DNA of 64,000 bases. It comes from Octopus sinensis. Lineage: Eukaryota. The DNA is taken from contig NC_042998.1 in NCBI RefSeq assembly GCF_006345805.1, positions 63,302,001-63,366,000 of the forward strand. The letters run 5' to 3'. Below the pieces are notes generated by a model. That model searched no databases. It was not told the DNA's origin and saw nothing but the letters and a program-made list of their open reading frames with translations. The translations under genes were made by a program, and so were the position numbers. Shown here piece by piece: positions 12,327 to 25,810 of this stretch (positions within the stretch are counted from its first letter, which is position 1; every line of letters begins with the position of its first letter).

Positions 12327-12357
<31 letters not shown>

Positions 12358-13496
12358 GAGTGAATATATATGTAAATGTTTGAATATGTAACCTTGTTCC
12401 TATATGTTTATAATATGTATATGTGTATAAGGTGTATATATGTGTATATTTGTATATGTATGTGTATATATATAGAGAAATGCACGTGAATATACATACA
12501 CACACATACACTCCCTTCCCCATATATATATATATATTGTTAATCAGGAACCATAATAGAGTTTCTGGTTATCATGAAATACTACAACGCAACAATGCTT
12601 TTATAGAATTATAAAGGAGAAAGAGGGGGAATATAAGAGAAAATACAACAACCAAAAGAACAAAAAATACCTAGTCTTAAATATGTAAAAGACCTCATAA
12701 ACAACAGAATTTGTTGACTCCTATTCACGAATGCTATTTCGCAATCACATTCTCTGAATTATTTCTTTTCTTTTATCATGTCTGTATTATCTTCAGCTCG
12801 ATCTTTCTCAGTTTCTCCTTTTTCACTTTCCTGATCTCTTTCAATGACTTCTAATATCTTACACATTCTCACGTTGTCTTCTCCGATTATTCTGTTTTTA
12901 TTGAGTCATATAATGCACATACTTCTTCATTGTTGTAAACAGCAGGTGCAAACTAAATACAGTTTTATTTCAGCCGTTCCCTTCATCACAGGATGCATTA
13001 TAATAACCTTTCACTCCGTCTGCTATAGCTCTTGTTTTAGCAGCAAGACACTTATGTTTAATGTTTCTACCTATAATTTTTTTATGTTTTATGTTTTCAT
13101 TCTCCTGTCCAGTTTCTGTCTACCAAAGTGTTGTAAAAACAAATGAAATATAAAACTAAGTTTATAACATTGTCGATATCAGTGGATATACGTTGCTACT
13201 TCATTTAGGAAGCTGTATGCTGGATATAGATATACTTCAAAGTACAAAAGTCAAATTCTCTCTTCAAATATATATGGTAACACGAAAGTATCCAAATTAC
13301 AGAAATTTCCTCGATATATGATATATATACCGCAATTCTAACTGTAAAGCAAAAAAGTTTGTTGGTGAACAAAGATATGAATATAAATGTTACGTTGAAT
13401 ATTGATTGTACATTGAAAACAATAACCATGGAAAACATTAGATACAGTTTCAAATTAGAGCGGAACTGTATATGGGTTAGTGTATTTATTATTATT

Positions 13497-14029
13497 GACT
13501 GAGAGGGTGCCATTAAAGTGCCATTAAAGTGACACTAGGGTAAAATATACGAAGCCCCAGTACACCCGTCATAACTACCCGTCTGATAAGAGTACAAGTG
13601 GCACATGCATCACGACAAACATATGCGCGATACAGTGAACTCATCTCAAGATAAACAGCGCAGAGTGGGGACCAGTAAGAACTTTATTCATGTCGAGTGG
13701 CCGCTCTTGCCCAAAAGGCTCTTGACTAAGGTTATTAAAGGATGTTGCACGAACCACTCATGTTTCCAAAAGTGAATTATCCAAACCCCAAAGAATTGCT
13801 CTCAATACGTAGCTATCATGTTCCCCCACTACTTCTGCTCATGACCAGAGCTAGACATATCGTCGGCCACCTAACAATATGCTGAACTGTTTCAGGTCAA
13901 ACACCTGACAAGCAAATCTGTAGTATAGAGCAGAATATTTGCTGTAGCTTATCTTTTATACCAAGACAAAACAATGATAACACTTCCAATCAGTTAAGAT
14001 GAGAAGCTATGAAAGCCGATGCCTGGTAG
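13497..14029 (-). mobile_element. About 550-bp non-coding interspersed repeat (S3), copy 1
   Basis: Colinear with 24142-24691 and the reverse complement of 46452-46999. Confidence 0.85.
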
Positions 14030-14211
14030 ACGCGTGTGGGTACATACATACATGCATACATACATACATACATACATACATACATACATACATACATACC
14101 TACATACATACATACATACATAGATATATACATACATACATATATACATACATACATATATGTTTCTCATCTTAACAGATTGGAAGCGTTTAATATTATG
14201 ATCAGTGCATT

Positions 14212-14222
14212 TATTATTATTA

Positions 14223-14302
<80 letters not shown>
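14212..14302. repeat. (ATT)n microsatellite, representative LINE target or tail tract
   Basis: Others at 17172-17247, 20031-20198, 20757-20895, 24088-24141, 24692-24823, 28158-28234, 39560-39776, 40319-40444, 41763-41970 and 42186-42293. Confidence 0.97.
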
Positions 14303-14305
<3 letters not shown>

Positions 14306-15312
14306 TAGTTTTATTTTTTATAGCGTGCCTTCACTTCACTACCGAGCGCCGCTCTGTGTGCCTTGGGTATGTGCTGTGACTTGTTGTGATGCTCTGATGG
14401 TTATTGTATGGAAAGTGTTCTGCGTAGGATGTGTGCAGTGCCTAGTAGTGCAATTTTCTGTATGTTATATGTGTTTGTAAGTCCTGGTGTTTTTGTTATG
14501 TATTTGTCTGAATATTTTTTTATCATGCCTAATGCACCTACTATGATAGGAATTGTTTCTGTTTTTAGATTCCACATTCTGGTTACCTCCATTTCCAGGT
14601 CTTTGTATTTTGAAAGTTTCTCCATTTCTTTTAGAGACACGTTGTCATCAGCCGGTATTGATACATCAATTATCTTTGATACATCAATGATCTCTGACAA
14701 CTATATCTGCTCTGTTGGCCTTAATTTCTCTATTTGTGTGTATCGGCATATCCCAGAGTATGGTTGCTTTTTCGTTTTCTGTGACCTTTTCTGGTGTGTG
14801 CCTATACCATCATTTTTCTGTTGTTATTTCATAATGTTGGCATAGCTTCTAGTGTATGTAGGTTCCAACTCTGTCATGTCTGTGAATACATTCCTTCTTA
14901 GCCAGGACTGGGCAGCCAGAGATAATATGATTTATTGTTTCTTGTCCACCTCCGCATATTCTGCAGTTACTTGTTATATTTCTTTTCATTACATGTTTTT
15001 TGTTAATTTCGGGTGGGGAGGCTTTGGTCTTGTGCTGCAATTGAAAATCCTTCTGTCTCTGATTTGAGTCCTGAGCTTCTCAACCATTGCTGGGATTTTT
15101 CTTTGTCTATTTCTTTTGCATTTAGTTTAGTCCAGTATTTACCGTGAAGGGGCTTTTCTTGCCATCGTTTTATCATGGTTCTTTGCTGTTCTAGTTTTAG
15201 TTTGGATTTCATTTGTTTTATAGCTTTTGTTGTTTCTTCTTTCTTCTCTTCTTCTTCTCTTCTTCTTCTTCTTCTTCTTTCTTCTTCTTCTTCTCTTCTT
15301 CTTCTTCTTCTT

Positions 15313-15343
<31 letters not shown>

Positions 15344-17171
15344 TATTTGTTAGGGGGTATGATTTCTTGTTTGTATTTGTCAGCTTCCTTAAATACTGAG
15401 AACATTTTTTTGTTTTGCTCGTGTTTTGCCGCTATTTGTATCAGTTTTCCTTCCTTCTGAAGTAGATATTTTTGCAGTCCTATGGTGGTTATTTTATAGT
15501 AGTTTTCCAGCTGTATAAGGCCTCTACCACCTTCTATACGTTGTATATATAGTCTTTCTATGTCAGATTTTGGGTGATGCATCCTAGACCCTGTCATTAT
15601 TTTTCTTGTTTTCCTATCTATTTTGGTCAGTTCATTTCGTGTCCAGTTAAGGATATTGTAGCTGTAACTTATAACTGGGACAACTAAAGTGTTAATACCT
15701 ATTATCTTGTTTTTAGCATTGAGCTCTGTTTTTAGTATTCCTTTTTTTTATTTTCTCTTTCATTTGTGTGTGTTGTGTCTTATCTAGTTCATGGATTCCT
15801 AAGTATTTGTAAGTTTGGCTTTGGTCCAATTCTTTTATTTCATTGGTTTTATCTAGTGTGATATTGCTACTCTTAACTAGTTTGCCTCTTTTCATGGTTA
15901 CTTTGGCGCATTTTTCTAATCCAAATTTCATATCTATTTCTTTGGTAAATCCATGAACTGTCTTTAATAGTGTTTCCAGCTGTTTGTCATTTGCAGCGTA
16001 TAGTTTTAGGTCATCCATATATAAAAGGTGGCTGATCGTTTTGCCGTAACATTTATATCCGCATCCAGTTCTATTTAGCATATCAGATAGAGGTGACAGT
16101 GCCAAGCAGAAAAGGCGTGGAGAGCGTGTCTCTCTGGAATATTCCTCTTCTAATGGGGATGGCTTTGGTTTTCATGAGTCCCTCTTTTGTTTGGAGCTGT
16201 AGCACTGTTTGCCATTTATTCATAGAGTGCCCAATGAATTTTATAATTGTTGGTGCTACTTTGTTAATGGCTAGTGTTTCGAGGATCCATGTGTGGGGGA
16301 TGCTATCAAACGCCTTTTTGTAGTCGATCCAGGTCATACTGAGGCCTTTCTTCTTTCTGTGGCTGCCTTCAGTTATGGCTTTATTGATCATTAGTTGATA
16401 ATATTTACAGCCGTATGAGCCTTTGCGGCATCCTTTCTGCTCTTCTGGAAACATGTTGTTTTCGTCTAGGTGGTTGTTCAACCTTTGCGATATCACTGCA
16501 GCCTTGTACATCGTAGGGAGACAGGTTATTGGTCTGTAGTTTTCTGGTTTTGCTGTCTCATTTGATTTGGGAATTAAGATGGTTTTCCCCTTCGTGAGCC
16601 ATTCAGGCATTGTCTCTGGCTCTGCTAGTATGTTGTTAAAATTTTCAGCCAGCTTTTTGTGCATTCCTGTAAGATATTTCAACCAGAAGTTGGGGATCTT
16701 GTCATGCCCAGGTGCCTTCCAGTTGCTTAGTCTTTGCAGTGCCTGGGTAACCTCTTCAGTTGTTATGGGGGTCCAAAGTTGCTCAGATGCTGAGTTTGTT
16801 ATTTTAAAATTCTTCTTTTTTGGTTGTTCGTTCGCCGACCATATTTCTCTCCAGAATTCTTCCACTTCTTCTGCCGTTGGTGCTTCAGTGATTTCTATTT
16901 TATTTTTGTCAAGTTTTTGGTAGAACTTTTTGGGGTTGGAGTTGAACTTTTTGTTTTGTTCAAAGAGGCGCTGGCGTTTCTCGAACCGGCGGATCCTTTG
17001 TGCTTTGGCAAGGATACCTTGCATCAGCTTTTCTTTTATCTCAGGTAAATCTTTTTGTGTGATGTTGTATTTGCGGAGTATTTTTGTTTTCTTTTTTTTG
17101 CTCAGTAGCGTTGATTGTCTACTGATTTCATTAAGAATCGACAGATCTTTTCTTATTTTTTGTATTTTGTT
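14303..17171 (-). mobile_element. R4/Dong-type RLE LINE, family B copy 1, 5'-truncated and frameshifted
   Basis: KAPGHDKIPNFWLK, NYRPITCL, EQKGCRKG, WIDYKKAFDS, LLYMDDLKL, YKYLG, CRICGGGQETINHIISGC, RLE ending ILRRTLSIQ. (TTA)n on both sides. Confidence 0.93.
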
Positions 17172-17188
17172 ATTATTATTATTATGTG

Positions 17189-17247
<59 letters not shown>

Positions 17248-17248
<1 letters not shown>

Positions 17249-20030
17249 TTTTCTTTTCTTCTTTCAAATTTGCTTCCATTTCTTGCCGAGTGTCTTCCCG
17301 ACTCCTAGGGCAAAGAAACTCATAGTATACATTGGTAGGCCATTAAACCAAACTCAGTAGTTCGTTCATTAAAAAAATTTTTTTTTTTTAAGTTAAATTA
17401 AAATACATGAGCAGCAACAGTTCTCACATCGACAATGCTCTTCTCAATACGTGTGATGTACCAGTTAAAACAATCTTTTGCACTTCTTGCAGGGATGGTA
17501 AGTCAGGGATCATTCTCATATAATTTTCGGTTCCCTTCTTGATTATTCCTAGTGCTCCTACGATCACTGGTATTGTAACCGCCTTGAGATGCCACATTTT
17601 CTCAATTTCAATGAGTAGGTCTTTATATTTTCTGAGCTTGTCAAACTCTTTCGCTGAGATATTATGATCACAGGGGATGCTCATGTCGATCAATAAGCAA
17701 ACTTTATTGCTTTGGTCTTTCACAACAATATCTGGTTTATTGGCCTTGATGGTTCGGTTTGTATGTACTGGGAAGTCCCACAGAATGGTTACATTTTCTC
17801 CTTCACTTACAGCCTCAGGGTGGTGATTATACCACTTGTCGGCAGTTTTGATATTGTAATGCCGGCTTATTAGCCAGTGTAGATATTGGCCAACTCTGTC
17901 ATGTCTTAATTTATACTCCACTGGAGCTAAGACTTTACATCCAGAGATTAGGTGGTCCACTGTTTCAATCATGTCGTTTCAGAATCGGCATTTTGGGTCT
18001 GCTCCATTTTTCATCACATTAGCATGGTAGTTCCGGGTTAATAGGCTTTGATCTTGAGCAGCCAGGATGAAACCTTCGCTCTCTGCTTTTAGCCCTGAGC
18101 TCCGTAGCCACTGATGGGTTTGCTTCTGGTCAATATCAGCTTGTTTGCTGAGGGTCACATATTTGCCGTGCAGAGGTTTCTCCTCCCACCTATCAGCCAA
18201 TTGCTCGTGCGCTTTTTTCATTGCCATCATTTTCACCTTCTTTGCAACAATAGTTGCCGTACTTCCCTCGGGTTGTTCAGTTTGGGTATCCTGCACGAGA
18301 TCAATAGCACATATTTTGCTTTCCTTTGTGATAGAATGAAGCTTCTTTCGTCTCTCGTGATTTTCCACGAGCTTTAGCATCCAGTCATTCGATATTTCGA
18401 GATATTTGGCCAGTCCAATTGTGGTTGTTTTGTAAGCTAGTTCAAATTGGATCAGGCCTCGACATCCTTGGGATCTGGGAATATAAAGACGATCTACGTC
18501 TGTCTTTTGGTGGTGCATCCTATTACAACTCAGCAGCTTTCGTATTTTCCTATCTATATTCTTTACTTCACTCATATTCCAGTTCAAAACATTGTAGCTA
18601 TAAGTAACAACTGGAACTGCTAAGGAATTTATAGCTAACACCTTGTTACGTGCATTTAGTTCAGATTTCAGGACTGCACGAACTCTCCTATAACATTCCT
18701 TCCTGATTTTCTCTTTCATGCTTGCATGCTGAATACCAGAGCCTTCATTTATCCCTAAATATTTGTATGTTTGTTCTTGCTCAAGCTCTCTTATGATTGT
18801 GTCAACATCTAACACGACTGAATTTGTGGTCTTCACTTTCCCTTTCTGGAAAGTGGCCTTGGCATACTTCTCAAGTTCAAACTCCATCCCGATGTCATCG
18901 CTGAATGCTTTCACGGTGCGCAATAGGCCTTCAAGTTCATTATTGTCTTTACCATAAAGTTTTAAGTCATCCATATAAAATAGATGGCTTATTTTTTTAT
19001 TGGCAATTTTATACCCATACCCTGTTCTGTTTAATTCACTTGTAAGGAGTATTAGGGCTATGCAGAATATTAAAGGTGAAAGTGAGTCACCTTGAAAAAT
19101 TCCACAGTTAATGTTTTTATTTTCTGAGGCAAGTACTCCATTAGAGTGGTATAATTGGAGAGTCGTATTCCACAACGACATATTGTGCTTCAGGAAGTTT
19201 GAAATCACAGGGGAAATTTTGAAGATGTCCAGCGATCTCAAGATCCATAGATGCGGTATACTGTCGAAGGCCTTTTTATAGTCAACCCATGCGGTGTTGA
19301 GATTTCTGCGCTTGTTGTGACAGTTCTCAAGGATCATACGATTGATTAGCAGTTGATCTTTGCATCCGTAAGAGCCTCGGCGGCACCCTTTTTGTTCAAT
19401 GGGGAAAATATCGTTCTTCTCCATGAACGCATATGTTTTCTCCGCCAGGATAGATGTTAGGATTTTATACGTGGTGGATAGACAGGTTATAGGCCGATAG
19501 TTTTTTGGAAGGTTGGTTTAAATATTCTTTGGGAGGAGGTAAGTAATGCCACTTGCTAACCATTCAGGTGTTTTCTTTGGGTCTCTCATAATTCCATTCA
19601 GCAGCTGAACTAGCTTACCGTGTGCGCATGGGAGCGATGCGAGCCAGAAATTCGGCACCCTATCTTTACCGGGGGATTTCCAATTATGGGCCTTCGTGAG
19701 TGCCTTTCTTAGGTCTGCTATTGTGATGTCTTCCCATGCTTGTTGTTGTAAATTTTGGTAGGATCCTTCAGTTTGTATAATCCAGTCTGCATTTATGTTG
19801 TACGTCTTCTTGTCACTCCAAATCCTTTTCCAAAAGTTTTGAACTTCTTCCATGGGAGGGGGGTCTTTAACGGTTACTTTCTCCTTCCCTATTTCGCTGT
19901 AGAATTTTTTGGCATTGGATGTGAACAGCTTATTTTGCTTGTAAAACTTGTTTCTCTTCTCAAATCTTCGTATTCTTTGAGCTTTTGCTTGGACTTTTTG
20001 TTTCAGCGTTTCTTTTATTGATATCAGTTC
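17248..20030 (-). mobile_element. R4/Dong-type RLE LINE, family A copy 2, 5'-truncated
   Basis: Full RT (GIFQGDSLSP, FYMDDLKL), CCHC with a TGC>TGA stop at 17979, RLE. Nearly identical to 2882-4420 over the shared length. Confidence 0.93.
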
Positions 20031-20131
20031 TATAATTATTATTATATAATTATTATTATTATTATTATAATTATCATCATCATTATTATTATTATTATTA
20101 TTTTTATTATCATATTTATTATTAATATTAC

Positions 20132-20198
<67 letters not shown>

Positions 20199-20201
<3 letters not shown>

Positions 20202-20744
20202 TAGTTTTATTTTTTATAGCGTGCTTTCACTTCACTACCGAGCGCAGCTCTGTGTGCCTTGGGTATGTGTGCTGTGACTTGTTGTGATGCTCTGATGGTT
20301 ATTGTATGGAAAGTGTTCTGCGTAGGATGTGTGCAGTGCCTAGTAGTGCAATTTTCTGTATGTTATATGTGTTTGTAAGTCCTAGTGTTTTTGTTATGTA
20401 TTTGTCTGAATATTTTTTTATCATGCCTAATGCACATATTATGATAGGAATTGTTTCTGTTTTTAGATTCCACATTCTGGTTACCTCCATTTCCAGGTCT
20501 TTGTATTTTGAAAGTTTCTCCGTTTCTTTTAGAGACACGTTGTCATCCGCTGGTATTGATACATCAATTAGAAAACATTTTTTTCTTCATGATCTCTGAC
20601 AACTATATCTGGTCTGTTGGCCTTAATTTCTCTATTTGTGTGTATTGGCATATCCCAGAGTATGGTTGCTTTCTCGTTTTCTGTGACCTTTTCTGGTGTG
20701 TGCCTATACCATCTTTTTTCTGTTGTTATTCTATAATGTTGACA
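20199..20744 (-). mobile_element. RLE LINE family B, 3' fragment
   Basis: RLE ORF 20299-20538 and 3' UTR match 14303-14840; flanked by (TTA)n. Confidence 0.9.
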
Positions 20745-20812
20745 ATATCTTCCTTCATTATTATTATTATTATTATTATTATTGTTATTATTATTATTAT
20801 TATTATTATATT

Positions 20813-20843
<31 letters not shown>

Positions 20844-20996
20844 TTGTTATTGTTATTGTTGTTGTTGTTATTATTATTATTATTTTTATTATTATTCTAT
20901 ATATATATATATATATATACAGATGTATATGTATATGTATATATATATATATGTATATTTATACATATACATACAGACAGACATGTATACACACAA

Positions 20997-21048
<52 letters not shown>

Positions 21049-23228
21049 ATACATATATATATATGTATATGCATATATATATATATAAACTAAGTTGCAC
21101 TGTCTATTAGTCGTAAGACACCCGCTGTTTTTGTCCTGTTTTTACTTTATTGTATTTTGTATTTCATAGTCGTGTGGCATCTTCCGTTTTTCTGTCCCTG
21201 TTTCGTATACATTCGATCCTTTTTCCTAGAAATCTCATGCTCCTAGCTTAGTTTTTCCTTGGGGCTTGCCGGATCGGACCGATCTCAAGATTAATCAGCC
21301 GAAATTGCTAGGATGATCCGGTTCTTGACTGAAGTTTGAAGGCTTCTAATGTCCCGTCCGTGTTTTTTGTATCGTCTTCTAAATGTTTTACGTTCTTGTC
21401 CCAGTTTGTATTTTTCTACATATAATATATATATGTAAGCCGTAATAGCAGCGACTCCATCTAAGAATATCTGAAGAAGGAATATTATTCCGAAATATCT
21501 TATCAGACTATGGATGACTAAATTACAACAGGTATGTTGTCCATTGTCTGTATTATAGTGCATTGTTGTACCCTTCAAAAGTATTTATTCTTTATATTTG
21601 TTATTTGCATATATAACTACATGAGTCAATGCAAGGAAGCCTTTTCTGATGCGTTTTGATCAAGCTCCACCGCAAAGCTAGCAACCGCACGCTTTGCTAA
21701 CTTTTCACATGGAATCAGTTACGTGAAATTGCGTTTGAAGTAGGATGGAACGAAAGCAATTTGTAACTCAAATTTAACCGTTGTTTATGTCTTAATACTT
21801 TTTACAGATTGCAAGTAAAAGCTTTGCAAATAAGAACGCCAGACAATAGAGACGGCTGGGAGGCAAACGAATTTATATAAATTATCTCTGTGTTTTGTCA
21901 TTTCTAGGCTTCTCGAATGAAAGATGATCTTTCTTTTGCTGATCTGTCAAAATTTTAGGATCTATTAATCATCTTTAATTGCGTTCAGAGAAGTATTGTA
22001 TGGTCGAAATATACATGGACTATCTAGATTTTGGTTTGTCTTGATTCGTGCATTGCAAGGTATGGAATTTCATTGGATTTCTTAGGTTGCTACTAAAGAA
22101 AAGAAGGAGATCCACAAGCTTTTGTTAGGCTGTACAGTTTTGTACAGAATGAAAGTTTTTATCGGTTATTTGAGATATGTTCATTTTTCTTCATATTCTA
22201 AAATACACTTGCGTTGTCTATGTTTTGTGCTGCGAAATATATAATATTGAATATCTCTCAACATTAGAAACGACGAGATTCCAAGACAGTGTGTTGAAGT
22301 ATACAAATATTCGGTATCAGTTTTGATTTCCAGATAAAAGGATGTTGTTTGTAACAAACTGACTTCCATTATGAAGGAAATAAGAGAGCCAAATACCTCA
22401 GTGACTTATCAAGCTGCGTTCTTTGGGCTTGTATATGGTGGTGTGTGCAAATTGTTTGATATAAAGAAAAATAAATGTTTTGGCAGACAACCCAAAATCA
22501 GTGAAAAACATTTGAATTTAATATTATTGTGGAAGCAGTACCAAGCCTGCAACCATATTGATATTATTATTTGATTTATGATTTCAGAATCACTGATTTA
22601 TAGCACAGTGTGGGTGCAATTATCCGCCATTTTCGTGCATTTGAGCTGTTTTTGCGTCATTCTTCGTTATCAGTAGTACTCTACACGATAGAATTAAAAC
22701 AATTCGGTAGATCATTTACCAAGTTTCTGTAAAGCTGGCCTCAACATGAGGGGCTTTATGAACTTAGTTAAACAACCATTCTATGTTGAATTAAGATCAA
22801 ATGATCATTGATTGCGCGTACCTCGTTCTTTTGTGCCTTTTATGCTATCATTTTAGACATAAGTCCATTATGTAGATTGATAAAATATATTTGGACGATG
22901 AATTCGTTGTCTTATCAAGGGAGTGACAGAACACGTTCGAAAATACTACTACTGTTCATGATAAATCCGTGAACTCGTCAATGAAGGTGAGTTGCACGTA
23001 TTAACTGAATTTGTGAGAAGTCACAATCAAGTCAAGTTTATAGCACAACTTGCTGTCTTACAAATATTGGGATACATAGTTTAATATAATCGAAAATGTG
23101 TAGTCTGTATGCAAAAATGAGGAACGTTCACAGATTGAATACTTTTGATTGTGTTCATCGTAGATCGGCTCCTGATGGAGTAGTTTACTTTAAAGCAGCT
23201 ATCTTGTATGTTTGATCCGAATACGAAG

Positions 23229-23387
23229 ATTCTTTTCAGTTTCCGTCTACCAAATCCACTCGCAAGGATTTGGTCGGCCCGAGGTCATAGTAGAGGACAC
23301 TTGCCAAAAGTGCCACGCAGTGGGACTGAACCCGCAAGGATGTGGTCTGTAAGCAAGCTATTTTCTACAAAGCCACTCCTGCGCCTA
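23229..23387 (-). mobile_element. tRNA-derived SINE family S1
   Basis: Reverse complement AGGCGCAGGAGTGGCT..GGGTTCAGTCCCACTGCGTGGCAC..GGATTTGGTAGACGGAAACTGAAAAGAA; at least 5 copies in the window. Confidence 0.85.
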
Positions 23388-23389
23388 CA

Positions 23390-23830
23390 GAGAAAATTTG
23401 ATGGAATACTTTTGTTTGACCGCATTTCGAAGGCATTCATGCATGCTGCTACCCCTTCATCGTGATCCATATTGGGATATAAGGAAGAATCATCCATGGT
23501 TACCAAAAAATAGTTCTCGACACGGCCTCGTTGCAAAAAAAGTTGTTGATTTTAGACACAAAATCAAACGTATTCCGAAAATTAGAACCTTATCTTTTTG
23601 CGACGGTGGGTAGAAAGCCATCCAGCCTTCCAAATTTTGGCCGTACAATATTCATATTCGCTGCAAATTGGGCGCATTGGAGGAAATCTCTCAAACTTCT
23701 TGTGTATTTTTGGGAGAACATAAAATACAGGTGTTCTTCTTTCTGACCGTAACATCCTGGATTCGGGCTTATTAATGAAATTGTTTTTCTCAATTTCCAG
23801 AAGTATTTTGTCAAATTCTTCTCTGTAACT
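23390..23830 (-). pseudogene. Decayed PLE reverse transcriptase fragment
   Basis: Reverse complement reads PPMRPICS and FLVTMDDSSLYPNMDHDEGVAAC, resembling PLE RT motif A. Confidence 0.55.
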
Positions 23831-24092
23831 GGGTTTGGAGCGACAGATAATTCTTCATACCCACTTTTCGCTTGTTATAAAATTGAAACTTAGAGACTGA
23901 TGATGTCATTCCATCAACGTGTGGATGCTGGTTGCTCTCTTTCATAATTTAAATTTAAATTTCTCTAATTTCGAATTCATATCACTTCTTATTTTGAAAT
24001 TGACAAAGACAGACTTACTGTCCAAATATCGTTCAACTAATAAAATATATATTACAATCGAATCGCGCTCTTCGCCTTTATCATTATTATTA

Positions 24093-24141
<49 letters not shown>

Positions 24142-24691
24142 GAGTGAGAGAGCAGTGTATGCTATCAAAGTGACACTGGGGTAAAATATACGAAGCCCAG
24201 TATACCCATCATGACTGATAAGGATACACTAGGCACATGCATCACAACCATACATGCGAGACATGGTGATCTCATATCAAGATAAACAGCACATGACCTC
24301 CCAGGTGGGACCTTGCAGTTAGAATTTTCTTCTTGTCGAATAACCCATCCTACTCAAAAGTTCCCTGAATAAGGGTTGTTTAAGGATGTTGAACGAAACA
24401 CCCATATTTCCAGAGGTGAATTATCCAAACCCCAAAGGATCCCTCTCAACACATTGCTATGATGTTCCCCCACTACTTCTGCTTGTGATCAGAGATGCAC
24501 ATATCGTCAGCCACTAAGGGTCATGCTCAACTGGTTAAGGTCAAACAACTGACAAGCAAATCTGTGGTATTGGGCAGAATATTTGCTGTAGCCCATCTTT
24601 TATACCAAGACAAAACAATATACATGATACCACTTCCGATCGGTTAAGATTAGAAGCTACGAGAGCCACTGCCTTTTACTGCATCAGGGCA
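24142..24691 (-). mobile_element. S3 repeat copy 2, (TTA)n on both sides
   Basis: Full-length match to the other copies. Confidence 0.88.
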
Positions 24692-24736
<45 letters not shown>

Positions 24737-24755
24737 ATCATCATCATCATCATCA

Positions 24756-24789
<34 letters not shown>

Positions 24790-24823
24790 GATTATTACTA
24801 TTGTTATAATTTATTATTATTAT

Positions 24824-25119
24824 CTTAGTTTAACTCAAGTTCGGTCTAATTCCTAGGAATTATGTATATTGCACGTTACTACCTGTAACCTTAGGTATCC
24901 ACAAGTTTTCAGCGGTATTTCAAGTAATTAGAACCCGCCTGACAATCGTTGCTATCCCTTAGAGACGATATTTCTGTAGGAGCTCTACCCAGCATTCTAT
25001 CTCAAACTCCTTCAGCTATTTGTCTATATCTTGGCTTACGCTTCCCAAAGCACCGATTATTATAGGCACAAGCTTTACTGTTTTATGCTCCAAATCCATC
25101 CTGTTTCAAATTTTAAAGG

Positions 25120-25178
<59 letters not shown>

Positions 25179-25810
25179 TTTCTTCTTCTTTCTCTACAAT
25201 ACTAGAATCAAGTGGGTATGATGTGTCGATAAGTAAGCAACTTCGATTTTCTTTATCTTTAATCTTTATATCTGGTGTATACTTTTCTAATTTCTTGTCC
25301 GTTTGAATGGGTAGTCTTACATTTCTCCGACTCCAGTATTCTTTCGATTCCATGATTGCACCATATGTTTCCAGTGTATAACTTCCGTAACCAGGTTGTG
25401 CCTCCATTTCTTATATTCTTCTTGTGCCAACTCGGGACATTTTGTCACAATGTGTGCCACAGTCTCGTTCCAATTTCCAGAGGTTCAACATTTTTTCTGA
25501 CACATTCTCTCCATATATATTTTTTCTCAAGTTGTTTTATCGCTTGATCTTAGGCTGCTACAATTATGCTCCCCGTTTTAAGTGGCCCTGCTTTCAACCA
25601 AGTCCAAGATTTTGTGCCCCATACGTCTTCAAGGAATATCTAAAGTTGGCCATGCAGAGGTTTCTCTTTGATCTATCAAGTGCTCCCTTTGCATTTCATT
25701 CTTGTCCTCGACCCTTTAACGTGCTTCATCACCTGTTTTTTATTGTGACACATTGGGCAAGTGTTTTTGCTCTTGTCTCGGGCTGCCCTAAGTTTGATGG
25801 GTGGATTTAT
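24824..25810 (-). mobile_element. Decayed RLE LINE 3' fragment (family F), interrupted by (TA)n at about 25122-25172
   Basis: A*DQAI, TPDIKIKDKENRSCLLIDTSYP, VPIIIGALGSV..IVRRVL; 3' end on (AAT)n. Confidence 0.75.

Larger units (their letters stand above)
8713..12327 (+). mobile_element. Penelope-like retroelement (PLE), near-intact, with 215-bp inverted terminal repeats (possibly Naiad-like, tentative)
   Basis: RT plus C-terminal GIY-YIG ORF. 8713-8927 is the reverse complement of 12113-12327 with about 2 mismatches. A hammerhead fold lies in the repeat. Confidence 0.93.

Noticed and set aside
12860-13130. Possible decayed APE endonuclease fragment (FAPA..EEV..LYD) on the minus strand
   Set aside because: One weak motif with no linked RT.
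17979-17981. In-frame TGA at a zinc-finger Cys, considered as selenocysteine
   Set aside because: The sister copy (about 3620) has TGC, so this is an ordinary nonsense mutation.
21440-21540. Possible host exon ending at CAG/GTATGT
   Set aside because: No acceptor or open frame; the region contains a hammerhead-like repeat remnant.
21800-22700. Possible decayed Mutator-like transposase (HPFIW-like, CFH-like words on the minus strand)
   Set aside because: Only short scattered words with many stops; it needs a tblastn or HMM search to support.
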